This document shows, one piece after another, positions 1 to 9,629 of a stretch of DNA of 53,331 bases. This DNA comes from a virus (taxonomy: Duplodnaviria; Caudoviricetes), in IMG/VR virus record IMGVR_UViG_3300036828_001070, positions 1 through 53,331 of that record; one strand, written 5' to 3'. The first letter of the stretch is position 1, and every line of letters starts with the position of its first letter. The position numbers and the translations under genes were made by a program. A model generated the notes under the pieces. That model was not told the origin of the DNA. It ran no database searches and worked only from the letters and a program-made list of their open reading frames with translations.

Positions 1-3000
1 GTTGGTCCAGGGCTGGATCGCAATTGCATTTACCGTAACTCTAGCCCGGATAAACAGGTCACCCAGTTTCTTGTTAGCGCGTGCGTCTCCACTATTCTGT
101 ACCGCAGTCAGCAGAACGCAGCTGGTTACTTCGGCGCCACCATTCAACAGCCGCCGCACACTTCCGTTGGCACAACCCAGCAAGACATCGTTGGCGTTCG
201 GCCCTTCTTCGAGAGCATGGATGGTAACCGGATCTTCGTACACATCCACCACCCAGCCGCCACCAGCCACGTCCAACACCAGGGTGCGCGGTGTGCCGAT
301 TGTATCTACATAGTCGTAGTAAAGATATCCGGTGGCGAAACTCAGCTTCTGCTTTTCCGGCTGGGTATCGTCAGGTGGATAGACGGTATAACCCGCCCGC
401 GACACCGGCTGGGGCACAAAACCCTCATGAGGAAACAGGTTATACAAATCGGCGTCGGTCAGCGACTGCTGCCGTGCTCCTCCTGCCGACATCTCAATGC
501 CATCCCTGGAACGATAGAAGAAGGTTCCCGAACCATCATGGGTAATGCAGGGTCGGATATAAAGCCCGCGAGTCACGCCGGACCGGATCAGGCTAAACGC
601 CGACCCCTGCACTCCGGTCACCGTGGCCAGCGCTGAGGTGAAGTTAGGATATATCGTCCATCCGTTCTCCGCCGAGAACACCATGCCAATGCCGTTAACC
701 ATGGTGCCATTGATGAGCGCTTCGGATGGACTGGTTACGTCCTGCTGATTGGTATCAGGTGCGGAATCAAGGTTGTTGCCCTTGCACCAGTAAAGCGTTC
801 CTGGCCGCAACGGATCCCCGCAGGCGAAGCTGAAGATAGTGTTGTCGCTGTCGCCCCACATCGAGACCAGCGGCTGCGCCGCCAGAATCGGCTCCGCAAT
901 CTCATAAGCCAGGTTGGTTCCGTCCGCCGTGTTGACCGCTACCAGCGCGGTGGGGGAAGAAGGCCGATTGTAGAGCGCGTAAGCAATGCCACCGATATTG
1001 ATGATGGTTCCCGGCAACCAGCGGGTATTGAACTGGTCGCCGCTGACCCACTCCACCACTCCGCCCACTACATTCACCACTCCGCCCTTGGGTAGGTCGA
1101 TCGATGGAAATGGCTCGTAGTTGTCGAACTGCAGCAGAGGATTTCCAGTCACCGCGGTATCCAGCAACTGATCGGTGAAGTCGGTGGGAGGATTGGTATT
1201 CGGTCCCGTCCCCACGTAAGTGAAGTTGTCCAACGCCGCATCCATGCGGTAGTAGTCGATCTTGTCTACCTGCGGATCATTCGACCACACCGGCGTGATC
1301 GTGTTCGAGATCGAAGGCACGGTCTGCGAGGGCGAGGCCGGCGAAGGGTTTGAGGTCGCGCCCGTTGCCGACGAACGGTAAACATAGCGGTAGGTGACCG
1401 CCTCCCGCACCGTGCCGGCAATCGGCGGAATGACCGCGCCGTTCGAGGTCACCACCAGGGTGCGGCCGGGGTGATACCAGTAGACGTAATCCAGCTCCAG
1501 GGGATAGATGCCGGCTCCGGGAAAGCTTACTGTCACCGAGATGCTGGTTGCCGCCCCGGCGCCGTCGATCGGCGGCGACGGCAGCAGCGGACATCGGCTC
1601 ACCACCGTCTCGGTCTGCGCTGCCGCTCCGGTAATGGTGTGGATCCCCGGCCAACTGGCGTTGCCTCCGATCCCCCACATCACGTTGTCTTTTGATGTGA
1701 CAGAAAAGGTGTAGTTTCCGGCATGAGGGATATATAGGTTGCCCACCACGCACATGTTGAAGTCCTGAAAGCCTTCGGTCTCCAGTGCGGTAAGAAAAAC
1801 CTCTTTCGATCCAATGCTGGCGCCGGTTGCATCGAGAATCGTCCATTCCATCGGTGTCGCCTGGGTTGCAGGCGTCTGATCAAAGATCAGTGAGTTATTG
1901 GTAGTCAAACCCGCAGCATCACCGATGTCCCGCACTGGACCGGATCCGGCGGTATCTCCGGCGTTCTTCCAGATGTACGTCGCCACCGAACCGGAGTGCG
2001 GCGAATCGCCCCAGTAGTAGGCGGTAATGTTACCCAGCATGGAGGGTACGGTAGTGACGGCACTCGTGGTGCGTGAGTAGTTGACGATAAACTGCCCGGT
2101 ATTGCCGGCGAAGTTGCCTCCAATCCCATTAATCCCCAGTTGAAACGCGGCCGCTCCAATGGGTACGGACAGAGATATGCTGTTGCCTACGCTAACGACT
2201 GCGCCGGTAATGCCGGTCAGCACATTGCCGCTGCCATCGGTCCAGGCGCCGCACAGAATGTCGCAGCCTCCGGGCACAAACTGGCCAGGATTAGAAGCTC
2301 CGGTTGGCCCCTCGTCGTCCGGCCCATGCGTTACTCCATTGATGGTTGCCGATCCGGATGCCGATAAGGTCAGCGTAGCTCCGGCAATCGGAGTGGCGAT
2401 AACCACGCTGCCGGTGCCGTTGCCGTTGTCGTTGTAATTAAAGGAAGTGTTCTGCCCATCGACGTTGGACCACGGCCTGGCCGAACCCAGTACAATCACC
2501 GTTCCGGTCACCGTGGTAGTTTCGGTAGCGACTTTTGGAGAGTTTTGCGGCTCCTTGATCCCCATCTTGTAGGTCAGTCCATCGGAACGAACCTTCAGCA
2601 TTCCCGCACAGGCGAAGCTGCTGGCCGCAATCTCCACCGCCTGTGAGGAATCGCCGACATACATCCACGGTTGCGGACTGGTATTGGGACGAAACGGCAC
2701 CATGGCCAGAGGATTTCCACTCAGGCCGGACGCTACCGCGACCGCATTGCAATACAGCGACCCATCGGCACCACCGATCAGGGCATAACCCGACGCCGGT
2801 CCTGCCGGCGTGGTGTCGTTCAACCGACGCAGACTATGGACTGTAGCACCCAGGTACTCCACCGCATCCCCCTGGGTTGTGCGCTCGGTGGTTCGTGCCT
2901 GCAGATAGGCACGAACATTCTGCGCGTAAACGCATTTGCCATCGGGTAGAGCGTCCGGCGGCAGAACCAGATTCATGCCTCCCATCTGGAAGCGCTGACC

Positions 3001-3036
3001 ATTCGGACTGCGTTGATACTGCTGTTCCGTACTCAT
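1..3036 (-). CDS. large tail tubular/nozzle (DNA-stabilisation)-like protein, N-terminal 1012 codons, running off the window start; contains a PA14-like insert
   Basis: Missing from the ORF track because it has no stop. Hand translation from ATG 3036 (MSTEQQYQRSPNGQRFQMGGMNLVLPPDALPDGK...AQNVR) is open to base 1. Beta-rich, and lies after adaptor/fibre genes as in P22/T7-like podoviruses. Confidence 0.75.
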   Translation of the reverse strand, partial: MSTEQQYQRSPNGQRFQMGGMNLVLPPDALPDGKCVYAQNVRAYLQARTTERTTQGDAVEYLGATVHSLRRLNDTTPAGPASGYALIGGADGSLYCNAVAVASGLSGNPLAMVPFRPNTSPQPWMYVGDSSQAVEIAASSFACAGMLKVRSDGLTYKMGIKEPQNSPKVATETTTVTGTVIVLGSARPWSNVDGQNTSFNYNDNGNGTGSVVIATPIAGATLTLSASGSATINGVTHGPDDEGPTGASNPGQFVPGGCDILCGAWTDGSGNVLTGITGAVVSVGNSISLSVPIGAAAFQLGINGIGGNFAGNTGQFIVNYSRTTSAVTTVPSMLGNITAYYWGDSPHSGSVATYIWKNAGDTAGSGPVRDIGDAAGLTTNNSLIFDQTPATQATPMEWTILDATGASIGSKEVFLTALETEGFQDFNMCVVGNLYIPHAGNYTFSVTSKDNVMWGIGGNASWPGIHTITGAAAQTETVVSRCPLLPSPPIDGAGAATSISVTVSFPGAGIYPLELDYVYWYHPGRTLVVTSNGAVIPPIAGTVREAVTYRYVYRSSATGATSNPSPASPSQTVPSISNTITPVWSNDPQVDKIDYYRMDAALDNFTYVGTGPNTNPPTDFTDQLLDTAVTGNPLLQFDNYEPFPSIDLPKGGVVNVVGGVVEWVSGDQFNTRWLPGTIINIGGIAYALYNRPSSPTALVAVNTADGTNLAYEIAEPILAAQPLVSMWGDSDNTIFSFACGDPLRPGTLYWCKGNNLDSAPDTNQQDVTSPSEALINGTMVNGIGMVFSAENGWTIYPNFTSALATVTGVQGSAFSLIRSGVTRGLYIRPCITHDGSGTFFYRSRDGIEMSAGGARQQSLTDADLYNLFPHEGFVPQPVSRAGYTVYPPDDTQPEKQKLSFATGYLYYDYVDTIGTPRTLVLDVAGGGWVVDVYEDPVTIHALEEGPNANDVLLGCANGSVRRLLNGGAEVTSCVLLTAVQNSGDARANKKLGDLFIRARVTVNAIAIQPWTN

Positions 3037-3053
3037 GTAGGCTACCGTCTACA
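3036..3053. promoter_or_regulatory. operator-like palindrome TGTAG-gctaccgt-CTACA
   Basis: Member of the genome-wide TGTAG-N8-CTACA family; overlaps the start codon of the large tail gene. Confidence 0.65.
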
Positions 3054-3070
3054 TCATCAGGCAAAAATTT

Positions 3071-3211
3071 TTATTTCTTTCTCGTGGCAACAATCGCCTT
3101 GCACGTTTCACATAAGGTGTAGCCCGCCGCAGTCGGATCTTTTCTGGTCAGATTCGCTGGTTCGCCACAGCGCTTGCAACGCACAATCAGATTCGGTACC
3201 GGCATCTTCAT
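3071..3211 (-). CDS. small Zn-finger protein (46 aa)
   Basis: MKMPVPNLIVRCKRC...CETCK; ATGA overlap with upstream stop; GAGGAG RBS. Confidence 0.6.
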   Translation of the reverse strand: MKMPVPNLIVRCKRCGEPANLTRKDPTAAGYTLCETCKAIVATRKK

Positions 3212-4524
3212 TCTCCTCGGAATCTCTCCTGCGCCCTTCCCTGTCGCCCGCCCTCCTGCACAAACAGATCGGCAAATAATCCCAGCTTCATCAGGCGTCC
3301 ATTGGTGGCAACCGCAGTCGCCAGGAATCCTTTCTCCAGATCCTGTGCCGCCGTAAACTCTGCTCCACCCTGCTTGAAAGCCGCCAAAAACTGGCAGTAG
3401 TCGAGTATGGCATCCCACACGTCGCGGCTGCACTGTATGAAGTCAGTATCTGCGACCGGCACCGGAGCGTTGCCCAGCATGGTAAGGCTCACACTCATGG
3501 GAAAGCCGGGATCAGGCACAACGGTAAACGTGTCGGTTCCCGCAATCACCACAGTTTGAAAATCCGGTCCCTGAGAATCCCAATCCGGCCTGTATCGGTC
3601 CATCTCTATTACGCTCACCAGATCCGCAGCCACGCCATTGATCTCTGCCTGCATCACCCAAGGGGTGTTCTGCAACACCTTCAAGCCATCGGTATATCTC
3701 TGCCGGCAGTAGGCTGCGCGCAGGCGATCCGTAGCCTCAGACTCCCGGTCCAGCAGATCCGCCAATACTCCCCACTTCAGTGTCCAAGCGTTGTCATTGG
3801 GAACCTGCAGCAACGTGTCGGTTGGCGGTGCCAAAGGTCCTCCGGAAGACAGCACCAGCAGATCATATGATCCCGGATCCGCCGGAGGCACATCCACCTC
3901 CAGCACCAGCGGCGGCAACGAGGCTAGGTTGTACTGCGAAGGCGTACCGGAAGGTGTCTGCAGATAGCCCGATTGGTAGTAGTTCAGCGCAGTATCATCG
4001 GTTCGCACCAGCGCCACCACTGATCCCTCCACCGGTATCCAGAGCGCTCGCGCCACATCCAGCCAGGTATCATCCAAAACTGCACTACGCTGATTGGGTA
4101 TGCTGGGCACTGGCGGTGCCTGGATCTGATTGCAGTTGGCTGCCTGGATAGCTTCATCAAGGCAACGTCGCAATGCGAACGCAAGATCATCAATTGAGAA
4201 CTGCGAGGTTCCCGTCCAGGTTCCGCCGGTTGGAGGTTCCAGCAGATGATACTGCAGGTAGGTATACAGGTTGGTATCGAGAGTCAGCCGCAGCCGCGGA
4301 GATCCGGTCAAGGCTCCCAGGGAATACCACTGCGTCGGTGCAGCCGCCGGAATGGTGAAGGTGAACTGCGTCTTCCAGGTAAAGGTCAGGGCATTCCATA
4401 CTCGCAGCCCCTCGCGAATATAATGCGCCAGCTCGTCGTCAATCCAGAAGACGTTCCCCGGATCGGCCAAGCGTGCCGCCAGTTGCTTCTTCGCATCGGC
4501 AAGTGTGAGCCATGAATATGCCAT
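3208..4524 (-). CDS. head-tail adaptor / tail tubular A-like virion protein
   Basis: N-terminus TLADAKKQLAARLAD...FWIDDELAHYIREG is typical of adaptor proteins; structural-operon context. Confidence 0.6.
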   Translation of the reverse strand: MAYSWLTLADAKKQLAARLADPGNVFWIDDELAHYIREGLRVWNALTFTWKTQFTFTIPAAAPTQWYSLGALTGSPRLRLTLDTNLYTYLQYHLLEPPTGGTWTGTSQFSIDDLAFALRRCLDEAIQAANCNQIQAPPVPSIPNQRSAVLDDTWLDVARALWIPVEGSVVALVRTDDTALNYYQSGYLQTPSGTPSQYNLASLPPLVLEVDVPPADPGSYDLLVLSSGGPLAPPTDTLLQVPNDNAWTLKWGVLADLLDRESEATDRLRAAYCRQRYTDGLKVLQNTPWVMQAEINGVAADLVSVIEMDRYRPDWDSQGPDFQTVVIAGTDTFTVVPDPGFPMSVSLTMLGNAPVPVADTDFIQCSRDVWDAILDYCQFLAAFKQGGAEFTAAQDLEKGFLATAVATNGRLMKLGLFADLFVQEGGRQGRAQERFRGE

Positions 4525-4713
4525 TTAGCGCTTCATCCTGTTCCGGGCGATGCGTTTCATATTGGCTGCGAATACTGCTCGTTTCGCTGCCAATCCGCCG
4601 CGTTTCTTGGCGCCGGTAATCTTCTTTGTGGTGGCCTTGCCGAAGCTGCCCAATGTTCCTTTTCGTTTCATCCTGGCGGTTGCTGCTTGTATCCATCTCT
4701 TTTTGGTCGCCAT
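4525..4713 (-). CDS. small basic (K/R-rich) virion/DNA-binding protein
   Basis: 62 aa, WIQAA...KRKGTLG...AKRAVFAANMK; GGAG RBS. Confidence 0.65.
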   Translation of the reverse strand: MATKKRWIQAATARMKRKGTLGSFGKATTKKITGAKKRGGLAAKRAVFAANMKRIARNRMKR

Positions 4714-4729
4714 CGTTCTCCACCTCGAT

Positions 4730-7510
4730 CTATTTGGAAGTGCTTATGTTTTCATTGTCTTTGTTCTTCTCCGTGATAACTTCCAGGGCATCCACGTCGG
4801 CGCGGACGGCCTTCACTTCCCAATAAAACTTCTGTGAGGCAAACTCGGAACGAACGCGAAACTGTCCATCCTTCACACGCGATGCTGCAAGCTTGCCTAG
4901 TTCGGTATCGTCGTCCTCGAAGATTTCTGTGAGTAGAACGGAGCGGCCCGTAGGCAAGGTCAAGGCTTCGAAATAATCGGGTAGCGTGATCGTCGCTAAA
5001 CCGTTGGCGTCGGTCTGTCCCTCGCCACGATAGTAGACGGCGATTTCCGGGCCTTCGATACAAGAGTGGGTTAGGTGCTTGGTCGAGTCGAGCGGATGAG
5101 TGATCTTAAAACTCTTGGTGATGGCAGTGAGAACTCCCGCAGCAGTAACTCCGCCGACGCTTCCACCAGCCCCATTGCCAAAGCTAATTCCGGCACCGTT
5201 GCCAGTCCAGTTTAACAGTACATTGCCACCAGTTGCAGCGTTTATTTGAATATTGCCATCAGAAAAAATGTTACATGGCCCTAAATTAACTTGGCCGTGA
5301 TTTGCCGCGGTAGTTACTGATAGCGAGCCACTGAGATAGCCATTCACTGCGGCAACATTACCTGAGAGTTGAAGAGTGCCAGCGTTGTTTATGCTGCCTA
5401 CTGAGCCGCTCGCCCCGTTACCGAAGACGACTCCTCCTGTAGCTCCCCCGTTCCAATTGAGCCGAACGGCTCCGGCTCCCGTCGGGTTTACCAATACGTT
5501 GCCCCCACTATCTCCGACAACGTTGGCTCCCTGCCCACCTAATCTTACGAATCCGCTATTGGTGGTTAGATCGCCGGTGATGACCCAATTTCCCGCACTG
5601 TCGAATGTTGCCACAGTGTTTCCACCTGCCCATCCGAAGATTCCTCGATTAGCAGCAGGTGAACCACCATATTGGAATCCGTAATACACCATGTTGTTGG
5701 TGGTGTTTGACTGACCTACAAAGAGGCTGGTAGTCGAACCTACTGCTAAGTTGGGCTGTTCGGATAGAAATGGTGAGGTAGTACCTGTGACGGGGGAATT
5801 CACAGTCACCGCACTGTTGATTGAAACCGGAACATTAAAGTTAATGGCCCCCGGTGTGTTGCCGCTACGCGTTACCTGCATCCAAACATTCGAGGCATCG
5901 TAAGCGTCATCAATGGCGCGAGCCAAGAGATTGCCAGCGGAATCCGTCGTGAAATCCCATATCTTTGCGTTCGCTGCTGCTCCCTGATTCTCCATCACGA
6001 TAGCTGGTAGGCCACCGCTAAACGTGCCTATCGTTACCTGCGAAGTGCCGTTGTTTAGGCTGCTACTCATTGGTCCGAACGCCCGGATGCCTCCGGGTAC
6101 GTGCAGATTGGTGCCGGTATCTAGGTACATCGCTCTGGGTGTCGCCGGCGTGATCGTTCCCCCGCCTATTACGCTGTACCAGCTGAATCCCCCACCTGTC
6201 GGTGTGTGGTTAATAAAATCTACTTCGCCAGTCGCATTTGATATGTTCCACGTTAGCGATATCCCTCCCGCTGAAGGAGTGGTAAAAGAGCCAAGACTGT
6301 TGTGCATTAGGCTTTGCGCGTCCGTGAACATATTATTTATATTCGTTCGCGCTAGTATGGCCGGATCAATGGACGGCGATTGCCAGGTATCACCTTGCGA
6401 AACAGCAATTCCAATATCAGGCCATACCATCCCTTGTCCAGGACCGCCGGGAGTATTAGCAAAGGTTCGCACGGGTGATTGGTCAACAAGGCAGTCCGTA
6501 AAATTCGCGGTCGGTGCGGTGATATCGCCAGTAAAATTCACGTCTCCGGTAATGCCTTGTACAAACGTCAGTGGCTGATTGACAGTAATAAGTCCCGCGT
6601 TGCAATCAAGGTAATTAATGCCGATGGAGTAGTCACTGGATTCCCCATCGAGCCTCATCCCTCCCACTGTCGCCGGGTCTGGCCCGGTCGCCACCACCCG
6701 CGCCTGATTCAAGGGATGAACAAATTCAAGATAGGCGATCTGCGGCTGCGCCTCTGCGATTCCGCTCTTCGTAGCCCGAACCACGCCTCCGGTAATTTCG
6801 CCGGTGCTGGTGATATCTGCATTGACCGCAAGCGGAACCGGCATGGTGTTACCGGTTGGTTCGCATATAAGGTAGTTAATGGATTCTGAATGGTCACTAT
6901 TCCATCCGGTGAGCAAGACTCCTGCTACGGTGGCGACATCTGGACCTGTACCTTCAAAGGTTACGTTATTGCTTGTGTGGTTATAGACAATCTGGGCTGA
7001 GTCTGGTGGTCCCGGTCCAACATCCTGAGTGACTCGGACCGTGCCAGTGGTCAGTGTGCCGGGCACATTGGCATCGTTGCCAATGAATGTGCTGTATGCC
7101 GCGCCCAGGAAACCACCGTTGTTGATCTGCACCTCGTTCTGGGTTCCTGCGGCACCACCTCCGGTTCCTCCACTGACCCTACCTCCGGGAATAATGCCGG
7201 TCAAAGTAAAAGGCTGTGACATCGGCACCGGAATCCCTCCGTCCATCACCACATCGATGGGAACGCCGTTGCCGGCATAAAACAGCCAGGACCCATCGGT
7301 ATTGGCGGTAAACGGGTTAGGTAAGGGATTTCCCAGGGCATCAAAGATCGGTGACAATCCTGTGGTTCCGCTGGCATAGACCCGCACCCGACATTGGGGA
7401 TAACTGCCTTGCACGCGGGTGATGGAACTCGCTCCCTGAGTCACTACCCGGATTCCCCCCACCATACCGAAGCCCTGGACTGCATCCAATGTCACTGGTG
7501 GTGTCGCCAT
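4730..7510 (-). CDS. tail fibre/tailspike with N-terminal attachment domain and C-terminal chaperone-like domain
   Basis: G/N/T-rich; N-terminal NPLPNPFTANTDGSWLFYA; C-terminal KSFKITHPLD...HSCIEGPE..VYYRG motif. Likely start MATPP after GGAGGAG (track start 7525). Confidence 0.85.
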   Translation of the reverse strand: MATPPVTLDAVQGFGMVGGIRVVTQGASSITRVQGSYPQCRVRVYASGTTGLSPIFDALGNPLPNPFTANTDGSWLFYAGNGVPIDVVMDGGIPVPMSQPFTLTGIIPGGRVSGGTGGGAAGTQNEVQINNGGFLGAAYSTFIGNDANVPGTLTTGTVRVTQDVGPGPPDSAQIVYNHTSNNVTFEGTGPDVATVAGVLLTGWNSDHSESINYLICEPTGNTMPVPLAVNADITSTGEITGGVVRATKSGIAEAQPQIAYLEFVHPLNQARVVATGPDPATVGGMRLDGESSDYSIGINYLDCNAGLITVNQPLTFVQGITGDVNFTGDITAPTANFTDCLVDQSPVRTFANTPGGPGQGMVWPDIGIAVSQGDTWQSPSIDPAILARTNINNMFTDAQSLMHNSLGSFTTPSAGGISLTWNISNATGEVDFINHTPTGGGFSWYSVIGGGTITPATPRAMYLDTGTNLHVPGGIRAFGPMSSSLNNGTSQVTIGTFSGGLPAIVMENQGAAANAKIWDFTTDSAGNLLARAIDDAYDASNVWMQVTRSGNTPGAINFNVPVSINSAVTVNSPVTGTTSPFLSEQPNLAVGSTTSLFVGQSNTTNNMVYYGFQYGGSPAANRGIFGWAGGNTVATFDSAGNWVITGDLTTNSGFVRLGGQGANVVGDSGGNVLVNPTGAGAVRLNWNGGATGGVVFGNGASGSVGSINNAGTLQLSGNVAAVNGYLSGSLSVTTAANHGQVNLGPCNIFSDGNIQINAATGGNVLLNWTGNGAGISFGNGAGGSVGGVTAAGVLTAITKSFKITHPLDSTKHLTHSCIEGPEIAVYYRGEGQTDANGLATITLPDYFEALTLPTGRSVLLTEIFEDDDTELGKLAASRVKDGQFRVRSEFASQKFYWEVKAVRADVDALEVITEKNKDNENISTSK

Positions 7511-7537
7511 CTTCTTCTCCTCCATCAGTCTCTTTTT

Positions 7538-7903
7538 CTAGCGTGTCACCATCAGGGTCGCACTGACTGCGTTGCCCAGCGAACCCACCGAAGCCCGCAC
7601 AAACCTGGGGAAGATAGTCATCATGTCGTAGCGCGACTCTCCCGTATCGCTGAGCTGTGCCACCGAAACGTAGTTGGCATCCTCATCCGCATCGGCTACT
7701 TCGATATCAAAGGTGAAAGCTCCGGGAGGACCGGAAAACTTCACTGCAAACGAAGCCCCCCAGGGATAGAAGTTCCCCCGCGTGCGCCGCAACTGAAAAG
7801 CTACGCTGCGTTCGCCTGCGTTTACCGTCTCGTTCTGAAACAGAAATGCCTGCCGATTCTCATACAGCAAAGTCGCTAGATTGTTTCCTGGATATCCCGG
7901 CAT
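7538..7903 (-). CDS. virion structural protein (small beta protein)
   Basis: 121-aa ORF with strong RBS in the structural operon. Confidence 0.6.
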   Translation of the reverse strand: MPGYPGNNLATLLYENRQAFLFQNETVNAGERSVAFQLRRTRGNFYPWGASFAVKFSGPPGAFTFDIEVADADEDANYVSVAQLSDTGESRYDMMTIFPRFVRASVGSLGNAVSATLMVTR

Positions 7904-7913
7904 CTTCTCCCTC

Positions 7914-8948
7914 CTACATCCTTCCGATATTCAAAGTTCCGATTACGGTCTGATAACCATCAGAAGTCAGCGGTATGCGGTTGAACTTGGTCCAGTAGAG
8001 ATCGCCCAGCCCGGCGTCGAGCAGCTTCACCGTCTTCAGTCGCTCCCCATACGCCTCATGCTTCTCCTGCGCCAGAAATCTCCAGTCGGCTCCCGATCCT
8101 CGATCCAGACCATCGCCCTTCTGCGACTCCTTCCATAGGAACCCTTCTTCCTTGGCGCGCAGTTTCACCAACTCCTCGTTCAGCGGCCAGGGCACGGTAT
8201 CGGTGGGCAGCTTCAGCAGCGGTCCCTGATGCAGATAGGTGTAGGTGTAAGGCAACTTGCTCAGAGGATGCGGCCATAGCTCATACAGCATCTGGTTGAA
8301 GGTCGCTGAACCCAACCGATGGTCCCGCTGCCAGGGAACCGCAAATCTGGGAATATCGAAGATGGTGCGTTGGGGATCGCTCACGCTCAGCCATGCCTGA
8401 TCTTTCTCCCAATAATTTACCCAGGCATTGTTGGTGGTATCGCGAATCGTTCCGAACTTGCGAAAAGTCTCCGAACCGGTCGCAAAGTACGCCTGATAGA
8501 TCATGTACACCGCATTGGTCTGCGCCGGCTCCAGCCACAGCCGGTCCAGAATCAGGGTGGCAAACTCCGTATCCGGATCCTCCGGATTATCTCCTGGCGC
8601 GAAGTACGAAATAATGTTGTACAGCGAGTACGCCGGCACCCGGATCTGCTGTTCGGTTATAAACGGTCGGCCTATCTGCGTTGCCCACACCGCCGTGGCC
8701 ACCGCATCGCCATAGACGGTATTGGAAAATGGGACAACCGTAATCCGGCCCGGACTCTGGTAGCTCAGATCCGGCGATAGACCTCCCAGCAGTCCCGGTG
8801 TCAGCCAGCCATTCTGCGCTACCTGAAACGACCAGCGCTGCTCGTCATAGATCAGCAACAGAGCTTCATTGAGGATGATCTGGGCTTTGGGTAAAGGCAG
8901 ACCGGGAATGTCGCCCTGCAGCTCTTTCGCCATGGAGATATACGACAT
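7914..8948 (-). CDS. head closure/adaptor-like virion protein
   Basis: Likely start MSYISMAKEL; ILNEALLLIYDEQRWSF motif typical of adaptor/connector proteins. Confidence 0.55.
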   Translation of the reverse strand: MSYISMAKELQGDIPGLPLPKAQIILNEALLLIYDEQRWSFQVAQNGWLTPGLLGGLSPDLSYQSPGRITVVPFSNTVYGDAVATAVWATQIGRPFITEQQIRVPAYSLYNIISYFAPGDNPEDPDTEFATLILDRLWLEPAQTNAVYMIYQAYFATGSETFRKFGTIRDTTNNAWVNYWEKDQAWLSVSDPQRTIFDIPRFAVPWQRDHRLGSATFNQMLYELWPHPLSKLPYTYTYLHQGPLLKLPTDTVPWPLNEELVKLRAKEEGFLWKESQKGDGLDRGSGADWRFLAQEKHEAYGERLKTVKLLDAGLGDLYWTKFNRIPLTSDGYQTVIGTLNIGRM

Positions 8949-9058
8949 GCCCTGCCCTTTCGCTAAACCTAAAAATAAAGGGTTTCGCCATTGCGACGAA
9001 ACCCCGTTGGCAAGGAAAGCAGCCTCGTCGTGGAGTTGAGGCACTTCTGAAAACCCGT

Positions 9059-9619
9059 TCAGTAAACCCCGCCAAACCCGCCGATCTGAACCGTCTCCTG
9101 AGACAGGTCGGTTCCCTGCGCAACTGGACCAGGCGTGGTCAACGTAGCGGTAAGCACCGCCGGAGTTCCCCCTGCAGCTGCCAGATCAAATGTCGGTACC
9201 GTGCCATAGCCTTGCCCTGCATTCAAGATCGTGATTGTGCCCAACGTCTCCGGATCTGCCACCGCCACCGAGATCTGTGCTCCTACACCACCACCGCCGG
9301 TACCGTCGATGATGTAGGTGCCCGGCGTCATGTCGGTACCCGGCGTGGTTTCGGCAACGCTGGCAATCGTGCCGGCGATACCTGACCATAGCAGCCGCCA
9401 TATTGCACGCGGTCCGTGGGACGAAGGAAACGCTGTGATCGCATAAGCTCCGCCTACGGAAAGCACGGAAAACACGATATCGATGTAGTTGGCAAAGCGC
9501 GGCAAAGGCGAGATGGGATCCCCGTTAATGTCATACGAAGAAGGGCCATTGCCAAACCCGCAGAAGATGAACCGCCTGCCAACGTAATCGGGATAGCCGT
9601 TCAAAAAGGTAAGCTGCAT
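9059..9619 (-). CDS. virion decoration/structural protein
   Basis: AGGAG RBS; G/T-rich beta domain shared with the neighbouring gene. Confidence 0.6.
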   Translation of the reverse strand: MQLTFLNGYPDYVGRRFIFCGFGNGPSSYDINGDPISPLPRFANYIDIVFSVLSVGGAYAITAFPSSHGPRAIWRLLWSGIAGTIASVAETTPGTDMTPGTYIIDGTGGGGVGAQISVAVADPETLGTITILNAGQGYGTVPTFDLAAAGGTPAVLTATLTTPGPVAQGTDLSQETVQIGGFGGVY

Positions 9620-9629
9620 CCTTGGCTCC

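Noticed and set aside
600-1300. Apparent ORF-free gap suggesting an alternative genetic code or ncRNA
   Set aside because: It is covered by the unlisted run-off ORF from 3036; all genes read normally in the standard code
4730-7510. Diversity-generating retroelement acting on the tail fibre
   Set aside because: No reverse transcriptase and no TR/VR nucleotide repeat pair seen
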